Positions 27,985 through 37,440 of a stretch of 64,000 bases of DNA are shown here, piece by piece (within the stretch, counting starts at the first letter, position 1; each line of letters begins with the position of its first letter). Position numbers and translations under genes: made by a program. Where the stretch lies: the sequence record OQ828465.1; one strand, 5' to 3'. The notes below the pieces were generated by a model that saw only the letters and a program-made list of their open reading frames with translations, had not been told where the DNA came from and made no database searches.

Positions 27985-28432
27985 CTGCGCATTTATTAAT
28001 TTAAGGCAACGTTTAGTTAATGATAAACTAACCTATGTGATTCATCCCATAGTGAAGGTTTATGATTTCACTAGAAAGGCTATTAGACAATTAACTGATT
28101 TTGCTATTTTAGATAGTTATAACTTCCCAGAGGAAACTTCCAATATTAGTGTTCAGCCAACTATCACAGATGATACTAATAATAGAAATTCTTTGATACA
28201 TCTTGGGGTTATAGAAGAGCCTGATTTTGGACCAACTAGATTATACGCCATCTTAGATAGAGAAATCAAAGATGATTCTAATCTAATTGAAACAACTGAT
28301 GATGGCTGGTATACATTGGATGAGTTAATTCTAGTTGAAGACGATATGGATGAATTCGCGCGACTTATTGTTCAGTACTTGCGAACTATTCCGAGGAAGC
28401 CACAATGGTTAACTTCGACAAAAGATGTTTAG
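27965..28432 (+). CDS. hypothetical protein, possibly degenerate Nudix-like fold
   Basis: 155 aa; C-terminal HLGVI...WYTLDEL...EFARLIVQYL pattern, no Nudix box. Confidence 0.6.
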   Translation: MSMSMNNCAFINLRQRLVNDKLTYVIHPIVKVYDFTRKAIRQLTDFAILDSYNFPEETSNISVQPTITDDTNNRNSLIHLGVIEEPDFGPTRLYAILDREIKDDSNLIETTDDGWYTLDELILVEDDMDEFARLIVQYLRTIPRKPQWLTSTKDV

Positions 28433-28635
28433 AAATAGAGCCTAATCAGTTAGGTTATGTATTTACAAAGATCGGTTGGGAAATATGTGTTACTATTGGC
28501 ATACGACATATATGTGCTAAAACCTATTATACAGTGTATTCACTTAATGATAAATGCATTTATTACATTGAGCATTCAGCGCAATTTACTAAACGCATAA
28601 AACCAAACTATATACAAAGGTTTCATGTTCTATGA
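28405..28635 (+). CDS. hypothetical protein
   Basis: 76 aa filling gap in operon. Confidence 0.45.
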   Translation: MVNFDKRCLEIEPNQLGYVFTKIGWEICVTIGIRHICAKTYYTVYSLNDKCIYYIEHSAQFTKRIKPNYIQRFHVL

Positions 28636-29318
28636 TCAATACAACCGATAAAACTATAGTTGGTATAGGATTTGAAACAAAGGTTTCAGATTCACCGATT
28701 GAACAACCTGTAAAGAAAACTAAGACTCCTAAGATAAATAAACAAAAAGAATGGGAGAAAGTAGATGATCCGAGAGAATATACAAAAGAGGAACAAACTT
28801 CTCTCTTTGTAAATTGGCTTCAAAGCACACGTAATTACTGGCATAAACAGTATACCGATACTCAAAATACAGATAAGGCACTATCTATCAGAGATATGCT
28901 TGATGGATTTATATATAGCATCGCAGCTGGCCTAGATGGCAATGATCCAAATATACCCGGATTCAAACTTATACCTAATGTTACTCAAGAGGATATTGAC
29001 TACCTAATAAGTATTGGTGAGAATTATTGGCCAGTAAACCCAGTTGAAAATTTAAAAGATAATATCCGTGCAAAGTGTGATGCAGTTGATATTTCTGGTA
29101 ATCTACGTTATCAAGTTTCTAAGACATTTACGGAACCTTTCAAAGGACCACATGCACTATTGAACCATTTCCTTAGTTTAGCAGGTGAGAAACCTGTTAA
29201 GTATTACTCGGGTAATTTTACGCAAGAGCAACTTGCTATGTTAGTAGAAAAAGCTAAAGAAAAAGCGGAAAAGATACAATCACAAATAGCTGATGATATC
29301 AGTCGAATAATGCGTTAA
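28632..29318 (+). CDS. hypothetical protein, paralog of 29363..29737
   Basis: LDGNDPNIPGFKLIP ... DISGNLR. Confidence 0.85.
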   Translation: MINTTDKTIVGIGFETKVSDSPIEQPVKKTKTPKINKQKEWEKVDDPREYTKEEQTSLFVNWLQSTRNYWHKQYTDTQNTDKALSIRDMLDGFIYSIAAGLDGNDPNIPGFKLIPNVTQEDIDYLISIGENYWPVNPVENLKDNIRAKCDAVDISGNLRYQVSKTFTEPFKGPHALLNHFLSLAGEKPVKYYSGNFTQEQLAMLVEKAKEKAEKIQSQIADDISRIMR

Positions 29319-29362
29319 TGAACTAATAAATTTATAAGCTACTGATAACAAGGTATGTAATT

Positions 29363-29737
29363 ATGATCTATTTTGAAGGCGATGGTAATGTTAAACCTGT
29401 AACACAGGAACAAGTTAAAGAACTATTTATTAGTAGTGTTGTCAATATGCGTGATAATGCTATCAATAACTCTAAACTTGATCAATTTACAGAGCCAGCT
29501 GATCGGGACAGGGCTGTAGCAGATAGTGTCATTACAGGCATGCTAGATATACTAGATGGCAATAATGACGATTGCCCAGCGTTTCATTTAATTCCAGCAG
29601 TTGGTGAGGAAGAATATTTAGCGGCTGTAGAAGCAGGTGCTGATTATATCCCTTATGATGATGGTAGTGATAATTATCAACCATTAGATTTAGCTGGTGA
29701 ACTACGAGATTATTTTATCTTTGTTAATAGGGGTTAA
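29363..29737 (+). CDS. hypothetical protein, paralog of 28632..29318
   Basis: LDGNNDDCPAFHLIP ... DLAGELR. Confidence 0.85.
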   Translation: MIYFEGDGNVKPVTQEQVKELFISSVVNMRDNAINNSKLDQFTEPADRDRAVADSVITGMLDILDGNNDDCPAFHLIPAVGEEEYLAAVEAGADYIPYDDGSDNYQPLDLAGELRDYFIFVNRG

Positions 29738-29739
29738 TA

Positions 29740-30174
29740 ATGGCTGATATAGTAATTGCACTAATCCTGTCAGCAATTATTGTTTATCTAATTAATATTT
29801 TTAAACACCCAAAAATAATTTATGCCAATAGTGTAAATGATAATGTCTTCATTGTTACTGGTTGCTCTTATATATCTGAAAATAATGAAGATGGTACATT
29901 AACAACTTTTTCACCTAAATTAAATAATAGGTTAATAATTGATTTAACTAAAGGTCAACCCAATAAAGACTTTTATATTTCAGTATTAGATAACACACTT
30001 AAATTCCATCACACTGTTGATGAAATCATCACAGCTAATAAATGGGAAGCTTTATTTAAAATTAGCATAACCAAAGAGGATGTGTGTATCTCAGGAATGT
30101 CTCTTAAAAATAAACACATTAAATGTAATTTACACTGGGTTATAGTACCAGGTAAAATGGCGAATAAATTGTAA
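29740..30174 (+). CDS. membrane-anchored protein
   Basis: N-terminal TM helix. Confidence 0.75.
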   Translation: MADIVIALILSAIIVYLINIFKHPKIIYANSVNDNVFIVTGCSYISENNEDGTLTTFSPKLNNRLIIDLTKGQPNKDFYISVLDNTLKFHHTVDEIITANKWEALFKISITKEDVCISGMSLKNKHIKCNLHWVIVPGKMANKL

Positions 30175-30187
30175 TAGTTATTATATT

Positions 30188-30265
30188 GCCCTCCCATTGC
30201 GGGAGGGCTTATATTTTATTTTTTTGTATTTAAAGCATTTTAAACAGTATATTACAAATGTGATA
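30188..30265 (+). promoter_or_regulatory. terminator + early promoter cassette
   Basis: gccctccc-attgc-gggagggc, T-run, TATATTAC 30248-30255. Confidence 0.8.
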
Positions 30266-30298
30266 AAACTATCTAAATTTCAAATAGGTAAATCAATT

Positions 30299-30658
30299 AT
30301 GTTGGATTATGCTTTGGAAAAGTGTCGCGAGATCCCTTATGTAAAACATCGTCAACGTGTTTATTCAGTCATTACTGATAAGCGTGGCAGGATTATTAGT
30401 GAAAGCCAAAATATGTATGGTAAAACACATCCTGTTCAGAAACGTTATTCTCTAAAAGCAGGATTGTCTGATCTACGTTGTGAGATGCATAGTGAGTTGC
30501 GTTCTATCATCCTCTCCAAAGGAAAAGGATATAGGATCTATGTTGCGCGGGTCGGTGCTGATGGCAGGCCATTGGATGCGTATCCGTGCCCCACTTGTCA
30601 GATGGCAATTAATGACCATGGTAAATTAAAAGAGGTAATTGTATCTATTGGTAAATAA
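30299..30658 (+). CDS. Zn-dependent cytidine/dCMP deaminase-like protein
   Basis: MHSE (HxE) and PCPTC (PCxxC); ATG 30299 after AGGT, downstream of the early promoter. Confidence 0.8.
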   Translation: MLDYALEKCREIPYVKHRQRVYSVITDKRGRIISESQNMYGKTHPVQKRYSLKAGLSDLRCEMHSELRSIILSKGKGYRIYVARVGADGRPLDAYPCPTCQMAINDHGKLKEVIVSIGK

Positions 30659-30711
30659 TAAACCATCAAAACGCGTATTAAAATTTATTTAACTCACGGG
30701 GAACTGATACG

Positions 30712-31056
30712 ATGACTCTTGGTATTTCAAAATCTCTTTTGGAAAATGCAATCAAAACTCTTCAAATAGAAACTGGCAATTGCTCTATTCCGACCAAAAA
30801 TGAAATTCATGCAATGTTGGTTGAACGGCAAGCCAATGAAGTCTGTGCGGGTATTCGGAGAAAGATGCTTGAAGACCTACCTGGTTTCAACAACTTCCAT
30901 TTTATTCGCAGTTATGAAATTGTTGTCGAACATAAGGATGAAATTGCTCCATCTGTAATGAAGGTTGTTAAAGCACGATTGCGTGAAGCGGGCTGGAGAA
31001 AAGTCGAGTTCGGTGAGCACGATTGCGGTATTACAAAGATTAGGATTAAGCTATGA
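30712..31056 (+). CDS. hypothetical protein
   Basis: 114 aa ORF. Confidence 0.8.
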   Translation: MTLGISKSLLENAIKTLQIETGNCSIPTKNEIHAMLVERQANEVCAGIRRKMLEDLPGFNNFHFIRSYEIVVEHKDEIAPSVMKVVKARLREAGWRKVEFGEHDCGITKIRIKL

Positions 31057-31475
31057 AAAATACACGCTTAGTTGAAGTTGCTGAACATGCATATTGCCTG
31101 ATTGGTGGACTTCCTAAACCAGAAGAAATGGATGAAGCAGAAAAAGAGTATTGGGCATCTGTACCAAGTGAGGATATTAAATTAGCTTCATATTGGAAAA
31201 TGGTTCAACCACCACTATATGCCCTAGTGATGAAATATAGTGGAATTGATTACGAAAGATTTTATCCTTATCCTGGTGGTCCTTCTCTTAACACTGACGA
31301 GCTAAAGACTTTCAGGCTCAATGATATCGATGAAGGTGCGCTTATTTGGCGTGATGTCTGCATTACTTGGTATAAACGACCAGGACGGTGTATGTGTGTT
31401 TCACGCGACATCGCAGATGATGAACTCGTGCAACTTGAACAGGAACTCATTAAAGCTATCGCAAAACCGAAATAA
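31053..31475 (+). CDS. conserved phage hypothetical protein
   Basis: ITWYKRPGRCM motif; 140 aa. Confidence 0.8.
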   Translation: MKNTRLVEVAEHAYCLIGGLPKPEEMDEAEKEYWASVPSEDIKLASYWKMVQPPLYALVMKYSGIDYERFYPYPGGPSLNTDELKTFRLNDIDEGALIWRDVCITWYKRPGRCMCVSRDIADDELVQLEQELIKAIAKPK

Positions 31476-31526
31476 CTTATAAAAGAAGTTTAACAGATTT
31501 TTAATCCAACTAAAAGGAAATTGTAA

Positions 31527-31760
31527 ATGCAACATGTAACTGTAAAAACTATGAACTCTGGACTGAAAGTCATTGATCTGGATGGTATCCGACTCAAAGA
31601 CAAAAATATTATCCAGCTACGTTCTATTATGAATCACGATGCAGCAAAGAAATCGTCAGCTTTTATGCATCACGATAGCCAGTTCAATAATGTACGTATT
31701 GAATTTTGGCGCGAACCATCAGCGCGAATTATCTCGCTGATTAAAGATGCGGTCGCATGA
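31527..31760 (+). CDS. hypothetical protein
   Basis: 77 aa, AAGGA RBS. Confidence 0.75.
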   Translation: MQHVTVKTMNSGLKVIDLDGIRLKDKNIIQLRSIMNHDAAKKSSAFMHHDSQFNNVRIEFWREPSARIISLIKDAVA

Positions 31761-31787
31761 CCGCTTTCTTTTAAGAAGGTAACTAAT

Positions 31788-32066
31788 ATGTCTATCTCTG
31801 ATGTAGTATATGAAGCCGCTGTCAAAAGTGGTGTTAGTCTTGAACACCTTGGTAAAGAAGAGCCTATTCTAAAAATTCGCTCTGTTAAAGAAAGTGATGG
31901 ATGGGATATCATCCTCTATTATCCTGGTAAGATTACCAAGACTGTGAAACTACTATCAAGCGATGTAGCTGGGTCAGATGCATCAAAGTTTATTGAACAT
32001 GTATTTGGAGATGTTCAATTTGCTAAAGAAGCAGTACGCAATGCTGAAGGCATTGTAATAAAATAA
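31788..32066 (+). CDS. hypothetical protein
   Basis: 92 aa, AAGG RBS. Confidence 0.75.
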   Translation: MSISDVVYEAAVKSGVSLEHLGKEEPILKIRSVKESDGWDIILYYPGKITKTVKLLSSDVAGSDASKFIEHVFGDVQFAKEAVRNAEGIVIK

Positions 32067-32092
32067 TCAATCTGGAAAAAAAGGAAATATAA

Positions 32093-32512
32093 ATGTATAT
32101 TGATGAAAAGTACTGGGCTCATTCTGTAAAAGCTATGGATAACAAACATCCAGTTTTGATGAATGTGCATGGTCTTCATTGGTGTTCACCGTCTTTGGTT
32201 AATTGGAGCCTAACTGCCGTCAAACGCGATGGATCACTTTCATCAAAAGAAGTGTTTGATATCACTAGCAAATATGCCAGCCATCTCATTGATCATGAAG
32301 TTAAAATCGTTAATGATCAATTGGTCTACCTGATCAAAAATAATCTGATTAGTGGCATTACTGAGCTTGATGATGGTTTCTTTGTATTTGCAAATATTGA
32401 TGGCGAGTCATGGTCCATGCATGTTGTAATTGAATGCTTGATGGAACATGAAGAAAATTGGGAAAAACTCGCTGCCGTTAAGTGCAATGAGTTGACCATT
32501 TCTGCATTCTAA
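32093..32512 (+). CDS. hypothetical protein
   Basis: 139 aa, AAGGA RBS. Confidence 0.8.
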   Translation: MYIDEKYWAHSVKAMDNKHPVLMNVHGLHWCSPSLVNWSLTAVKRDGSLSSKEVFDITSKYASHLIDHEVKIVNDQLVYLIKNNLISGITELDDGFFVFANIDGESWSMHVVIECLMEHEENWEKLAAVKCNELTISAF

Positions 32513-32590
32513 TTAATTATGAAAATGGGGGTCTAAAGACCCCCTATCTATTTAATAGAATGAAACTAATCTTAATAATGGTGAATACTA

Positions 32591-32887
32591 ATGAATAAAT
32601 ATTACCATTTGAAGAAACAGAAGGATGCTACATGGACAATTGAATTTCTAGGAAAGATGCGTAATTTTAAATTCAACCATATAACTAAACAGAATAATAG
32701 CTGGGTTAGCATGGGTATTGAAGGTTATCCAGCACTTAAATTTAACTGTGATGGATTTGGTAGATTAGAAAGTATTCAACCCATTGATGATGATTTAACC
32801 ATCGATGAAATATTTATTCCACGTAAACATTCTGTTTCACAGTGTATCGATATAACAACACTTTACATAGGTGGTCAATGTGACTGA
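32591..32887 (+). CDS. hypothetical protein
   Basis: 98 aa ORF. Confidence 0.7.
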   Translation: MNKYYHLKKQKDATWTIEFLGKMRNFKFNHITKQNNSWVSMGIEGYPALKFNCDGFGRLESIQPIDDDLTIDEIFIPRKHSVSQCIDITTLYIGGQCD

Positions 32888-33317
32888 GATAATATTAGTT
32901 ATTTTATCATTGTTTGTTCTTTCAGTCATAACCGGCTATTGTATAACCCGGTTAGAGAAAACCGAAGATATAGCCTATTATGTTAAATCAATTACGTATT
33001 ACTTAGGTGAACCCGGTGATACATTTTTTAATAGTGAACCCAAAGTAATACAGCTGGATAACCCTGTAAAACTAGTTTTCACTAATGAACCAGTTCAAAT
33101 AAAAACACTTTATTTAGACCTAAATAAGAAAGAATTATACCTTAATCATCCCGAACATGATTGTATTGTGATGCGTGTTATTTTCTTTTTAAATTATCAT
33201 AACCAGAAAAAACTCATAGGTTATTCAGATGAATACTATCATGACAATGAGTATGTTGATAGTGAGTTTGATATGACCATAAAGAAAATTAGCGTAGAAT
33301 GCTATAAAGGTTTATAA
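32871..33317 (+). CDS. membrane-anchored protein
   Basis: N-terminal TM helix, 148 aa. Confidence 0.75.
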   Translation: MVNVTEIILVILSLFVLSVITGYCITRLEKTEDIAYYVKSITYYLGEPGDTFFNSEPKVIQLDNPVKLVFTNEPVQIKTLYLDLNKKELYLNHPEHDCIVMRVIFFLNYHNQKKLIGYSDEYYHDNEYVDSEFDMTIKKISVECYKGL

Positions 33318-33350
33318 TGGTCAATTTTATAGACCGTCAATCAGGAGTTA

Positions 33351-33785
33351 ATGATGAGTGTTCTACAACCGCTAGGAAGTTTCCCAGTATATAAGAAAAC
33401 TATTGGTGAAACTCGATTTCTATTAGACCATGATGTTGCTATCAGTATGGTTACAACTGAGCAAGGTAGTTTTATGACAGCCCCACTGAAAACAGATGGG
33501 GTAGAGTTTAATCTATCTGAAGTCTTTGGTGATTACAAAAAATTTGATAATGTGATTGTAGATAAACTCTACTATCGTGATTTATCTGGTAAAATGCAGT
33601 CAAAGGTAGTGCCAACTATCCCTCAGCTTTATAAAGACATGGCTGTATTCAAAAGTGGTTATACCACTAAAATAAATAATCTCCGTTGGGGTTATTGTTT
33701 AACTATTAAAAATGATGGTACTGCAAAAATTTGGACAGATGACAATAGTCCTATTTGTGGTGTGTCAATTCGTTTCACAATGTAA
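33351..33785 (+). CDS. hypothetical protein
   Basis: 144 aa, AGGAG RBS; terminator 33796-33818. Confidence 0.8.
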   Translation: MMSVLQPLGSFPVYKKTIGETRFLLDHDVAISMVTTEQGSFMTAPLKTDGVEFNLSEVFGDYKKFDNVIVDKLYYRDLSGKMQSKVVPTIPQLYKDMAVFKSGYTTKINNLRWGYCLTIKNDGTAKIWTDDNSPICGVSIRFTM

Positions 33786-33847
33786 CGTCATAATGGCCTC
33801 CCTTCGGGGAGGCTTTTATATCCTTTTATATAAACAGGTATATTCAA

Positions 33848-34150
33848 ATGAAAATGAATGATAAGGTAATCAAATCGACTCAGTATATGTTGGATAATAC
33901 TGATAAATTCATAAGTGCTGTTTTCTCTGGTGAGGATCGATACATTGATGCATGCGCTGGTCTGGTTGCTGCACATGGGGATAAAACTGAACAGTATCGT
34001 TATATCTGGGAAGAAGCTGGATTGGACTTTAACAAAGCCCAAGTAATATATTTTCTAACGTACACCAAATTACTAGGTGATACTCCTAAACATATGTCAT
34101 GCCAATGGGTTATCGATAACTATAATAAATATAATAAACTATTACCTTAA
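33848..34150 (+). CDS. conserved phage hypothetical protein
   Basis: 100 aa ORF. Confidence 0.8.
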   Translation: MKMNDKVIKSTQYMLDNTDKFISAVFSGEDRYIDACAGLVAAHGDKTEQYRYIWEEAGLDFNKAQVIYFLTYTKLLGDTPKHMSCQWVIDNYNKYNKLLP

Positions 34151-34235
34151 TACGGGGTAATAGTTTATTATAATAAAATTTAAAGTTATATAACAACCAT
34201 GCCAAATAAAATAAATATTATCTGAGGTATCACAA

Positions 34236-34388
34236 ATGGAAGGAATGAAATATGTAGTATTGTTTTTAGTTATAGCGGTTTTAGGTAGTACGCTAATTGG
34301 TATTAATAAAATTATCAATATAGGTGATATCGATGGATACCGATCAGAAAAAGAAAGAATCACCGAAATTCAATCCTATCATAAATAG
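34236..34388 (+). CDS. 50 aa membrane microprotein
   Basis: GAGG RBS; MEGMKYVVLFLVIAVLGSTLIGINKII... Confidence 0.6.
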   Translation: MEGMKYVVLFLVIAVLGSTLIGINKIINIGDIDGYRSEKERITEIQSYHK

Positions 34389-34444
34389 CATCTTTAACAA
34401 GTCATGGCTGACTGAAGAGAAGAGTTGTAAAGAGGTAAAAAGAA

Positions 34445-34747
34445 ATGAGTTCAACAGTGAGCTGTCTAGCAAACGCGCTAGCTAATGGTATTAGTCTTAT
34501 CGCTAAGAATAAAGTTCAAGTTGGTATGATTCTACAAGCAACACAGGATATTTGGATCATGCGTACTTGTAAAAAGAATGGTTATCTAGAATGGAAGTTT
34601 GCCGATGAAGGAGATGACCTAACCGTATTAGGCGTTGATGAGGGTAATCCCGAAGGCGGCTTTAGAGTTTTAAATGCCGACAATTATAATCAAATTGAAA
34701 CTGTACAATGTACAGATATGGATGATATTCTTCACGCATATAACTGA
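34445..34747 (+). CDS. small SH3-like protein (paralog family)
   Basis: VQVGMILQATQDI...FADEGDDLTV. Confidence 0.75.
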   Translation: MSSTVSCLANALANGISLIAKNKVQVGMILQATQDIWIMRTCKKNGYLEWKFADEGDDLTVLGVDEGNPEGGFRVLNADNYNQIETVQCTDMDDILHAYN

Positions 34748-34755
34748 GGTGGTAT

Positions 34756-34968
34756 ATGTCAAATTCATTTAAAGCCGGTGACAAAGTTGTAGTCAATACA
34801 GATATTATTAATAGCACCGGTGAATGCGGTTATGATCTTACACTATGTAAAGCTGGTACTGTAGTTATAATCGAATCTGTTAATGGAGACCATCTGTTAG
34901 TTTATCCATCTAATAGTGGTCCTAGTAATGGATTTTATGTTCATCTACATCAGGTTAATGCACAATGA
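34756..34968 (+). CDS. small SH3-like protein (paralog family)
   Basis: FKAGDKVVVNTDI...LCKAGTVVII. Confidence 0.75.
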   Translation: MSNSFKAGDKVVVNTDIINSTGECGYDLTLCKAGTVVIIESVNGDHLLVYPSNSGPSNGFYVHLHQVNAQ

Positions 34969-35342
34969 AACTTGAATGCATAAGAGATACTGCACAGATC
35001 TTCTACAGTAAAAGAGCTTTTATAAAAGGTGATTATATTGGTAGCGAATATCATATTTACCAATTACTAACCCATCTTCATCATCGTATCGTTAATACAC
35101 TTATTGAAATATATGATGATGATTCACTAGCTGATGTGCTAAATAAAAGTCCTGATGATATTATCATCATGTTCTCTAAACATGCGACTAATGCGTATCA
35201 GCATTACAAAGTTCTTCGCCAAAATATAAATGCTAAGATTGAAGAAGTAAATGCATCACGAAATAGGTATACCCTGTGGTCTAACTTAGTAGAGGATATT
35301 CTTAAGTTTAGACTATATTGCAGTAAACTAAAGGTTGGTTGA
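34965..35342 (+). CDS. hypothetical protein
   Basis: 125 aa, ATGA overlap. Confidence 0.75.
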   Translation: MKLECIRDTAQIFYSKRAFIKGDYIGSEYHIYQLLTHLHHRIVNTLIEIYDDDSLADVLNKSPDDIIIMFSKHATNAYQHYKVLRQNINAKIEEVNASRNRYTLWSNLVEDILKFRLYCSKLKVG

Positions 35343-35706
35343 GATGATTGAATTTAATGCGACTGAAGTGGAAATGCTTGTTAAAACAGTTACTGGTGAT
35401 TTATTTAACATCACCTATGGCGCACATCCTGCTGAAATTAATTGGATGCTTAAAGCAGATGTTGCAATGTTGGATGCATGGTTTGCTAAGGTTTATCAGT
35501 TTGGTATGTCAAAGCAAATCCCATATGCCAGTATCCCATTTACCAATCTAGTGGATGTGTCAATTGAGTGGCTATTCCAATACATGGCCAATCTGGCAGC
35601 TAACCTAGGTGATTTTGAAGAGGTCCAAGAACCTATTTTCAATATCATCAATAAGATCCATTCAATGTGGTTAGTTTATGATAAGTATTCATGGACTGGT
35701 AGCTAA
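35335..35706 (+). CDS. hypothetical protein
   Basis: 123 aa ORF. Confidence 0.75.
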   Translation: MVEMIEFNATEVEMLVKTVTGDLFNITYGAHPAEINWMLKADVAMLDAWFAKVYQFGMSKQIPYASIPFTNLVDVSIEWLFQYMANLAANLGDFEEVQEPIFNIINKIHSMWLVYDKYSWTGS

Positions 35707-35749
35707 TACTTGACCGTCCAATTAGATAGTTATAGGACGGGAATTAACC

Positions 35750-36085
35750 ATGTTTATAGTTGATGATAAGTGTTATAGTTGGTCAAGTACTTCGCACGGT
35801 CGTGGGAAAAGAAGCGAAATAGTTGGAGCAGGTGTTTATGTTATTGAACACATTGCAACTGGGAAGTATTTGGTAGGGCTTTCAAAGACTGTTAGTAATG
35901 AAGTTGATAAACATATCGCTGCATTACGTAATAATAGTCATCAAAATAAGGCAATGTTAGGTTTAGTACATCGGGACATGGATTTACGTTTATTAGAATA
36001 TCCCATTAGTAAGGTTAGTGATCAAAAAGCACTTATTGCTAAGATCCGAGCCACTACTGAACCTAAATATTTAATGCTTAATTAG
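35750..36085 (+). CDS. GIY-YIG-like domain protein, degenerate
   Basis: GVYVIEHIATGKYLVGLS ... H...LRNNSHQN; no Arg at the usual catalytic position. Confidence 0.7.
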   Translation: MFIVDDKCYSWSSTSHGRGKRSEIVGAGVYVIEHIATGKYLVGLSKTVSNEVDKHIAALRNNSHQNKAMLGLVHRDMDLRLLEYPISKVSDQKALIAKIRATTEPKYLMLN

Positions 36086-36131
36086 GGAGGGTAATACCTC
36101 CCTTTTCTTATATAAGAAAAGGAAATATACA

Positions 36132-36818
36132 ATGAGTAATCCATTAGTTATCAAATCGGCAAGTGATCTAGTAGAACCAAAAGAGATAGATTACAAAGCA
36201 CCTATTTTTAAGGCCAGTCACGAATATGAATCTATTCGTGAGAATAGCAGACAGTTAATTGAAAAGCAAATGAAACTATCCAAAAAACCTTTTGCCGTGG
36301 TTGAACGAGAAGGTGATATTGGTTCCAATGTTGTTTATTACACGTGTGGATGTAATAAAGAAGATCCACTCTTTCCTGAACTGGTGATCACTGCCTGCAT
36401 TACTAAGGAATCGGCAGTAAATACCTTTTACGCCATTTTTGAAAAATTAAAAGAAGTGAAACAGATCACGGGTGGCGTAGAGATTGCAGATTTACTGAGT
36501 GCATTTGAAGAAGATCAACGGATGGGACGCCAACCTAAATTTGGTATTCGCCTAATTGATACTCGTCAATTTGTATATGGTTTTGGTGGTAAACTCCACG
36601 CATACTACAATATGGATGACTATTATAACCAATTGCCCATCTGGCAAATTCTCATCAGTGATATTGAAGGATTCCTACCCACTGATAGTGGTTATCTACA
36701 AACAGTTTGTCCGCAGTTTCTTCTAGCCGATAAACCTTTCGGACAAGCTGGTAATATCTATCCTACTGACATTTTTAAAACTATGAAATGTCGTCCTTCT
36801 GCAACAGTTATTCATTAA
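36132..36818 (+). CDS. hypothetical protein
   Basis: 228 aa, AAGGA RBS. Confidence 0.85.
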   Translation: MSNPLVIKSASDLVEPKEIDYKAPIFKASHEYESIRENSRQLIEKQMKLSKKPFAVVEREGDIGSNVVYYTCGCNKEDPLFPELVITACITKESAVNTFYAIFEKLKEVKQITGGVEIADLLSAFEEDQRMGRQPKFGIRLIDTRQFVYGFGGKLHAYYNMDDYYNQLPIWQILISDIEGFLPTDSGYLQTVCPQFLLADKPFGQAGNIYPTDIFKTMKCRPSATVIH

Positions 36819-36830
36819 GAGGTTAATATA

Positions 36831-37070
36831 ATGCGTGAGTTTCGTACTGGTCAATATTGTATTACTAAAATTGATATTCCTCATCCAAAACCCAATGCAT
36901 TAACTGGCCCAACTTATTTAACAGCTGGACAGCAGTGCCAAATTATCGTTTATGATCCATCGAAAACACCTTCTACTGGTATTCGTAAAGAAGGTGAAAA
37001 CTTTGCAATGGTTTATGTAGACGAATCTGCACTAATTGCTGATCCATCAAAACCGGTTCCAACTCTATGA
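36831..37070 (+). CDS. small SH3-like protein (paralog family)
   Basis: FRTGQYCITKIDI...YLTAGQQCQI. Confidence 0.75.
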   Translation: MREFRTGQYCITKIDIPHPKPNALTGPTYLTAGQQCQIIVYDPSKTPSTGIRKEGENFAMVYVDESALIADPSKPVPTL

Positions 37071-37426
37071 TATTTAAATTCTTTGATGTTAATGGAGAAT
37101 ATGATCCACGTAACTTATGGTTACCCGCTGCACGTCAGCTATACATCTCTATTATTAATCCAGAGGGCCATGATGTACTCTGGTATGCTAGAAAGCCAGG
37201 CACCAATGTTGCCATTTGGACACCAAAGCGAGATGATTATGAGTTAGTTAATTGCTCAGAAATCATAAAAGCTAGACAGGTGCTATTAGCCAATCATGAG
37301 GCAGGTTCAGTAGAAAAGGCATTACATGAATATGACTTACCTGTTAAAGGTAAATATAAATTAGCAAGTCGTACATGGGAATGTAGTGAACTATTCACTC
37401 TCCAATTTATTGAATATAATTTTTAA
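37067..37426 (+). CDS. hypothetical protein
   Basis: 119 aa ORF. Confidence 0.75.
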   Translation: MIFKFFDVNGEYDPRNLWLPAARQLYISIINPEGHDVLWYARKPGTNVAIWTPKRDDYELVNCSEIIKARQVLLANHEAGSVEKALHEYDLPVKGKYKLASRTWECSELFTLQFIEYNF

Positions 37427-37440
37427 ACAGGTAATTATAA

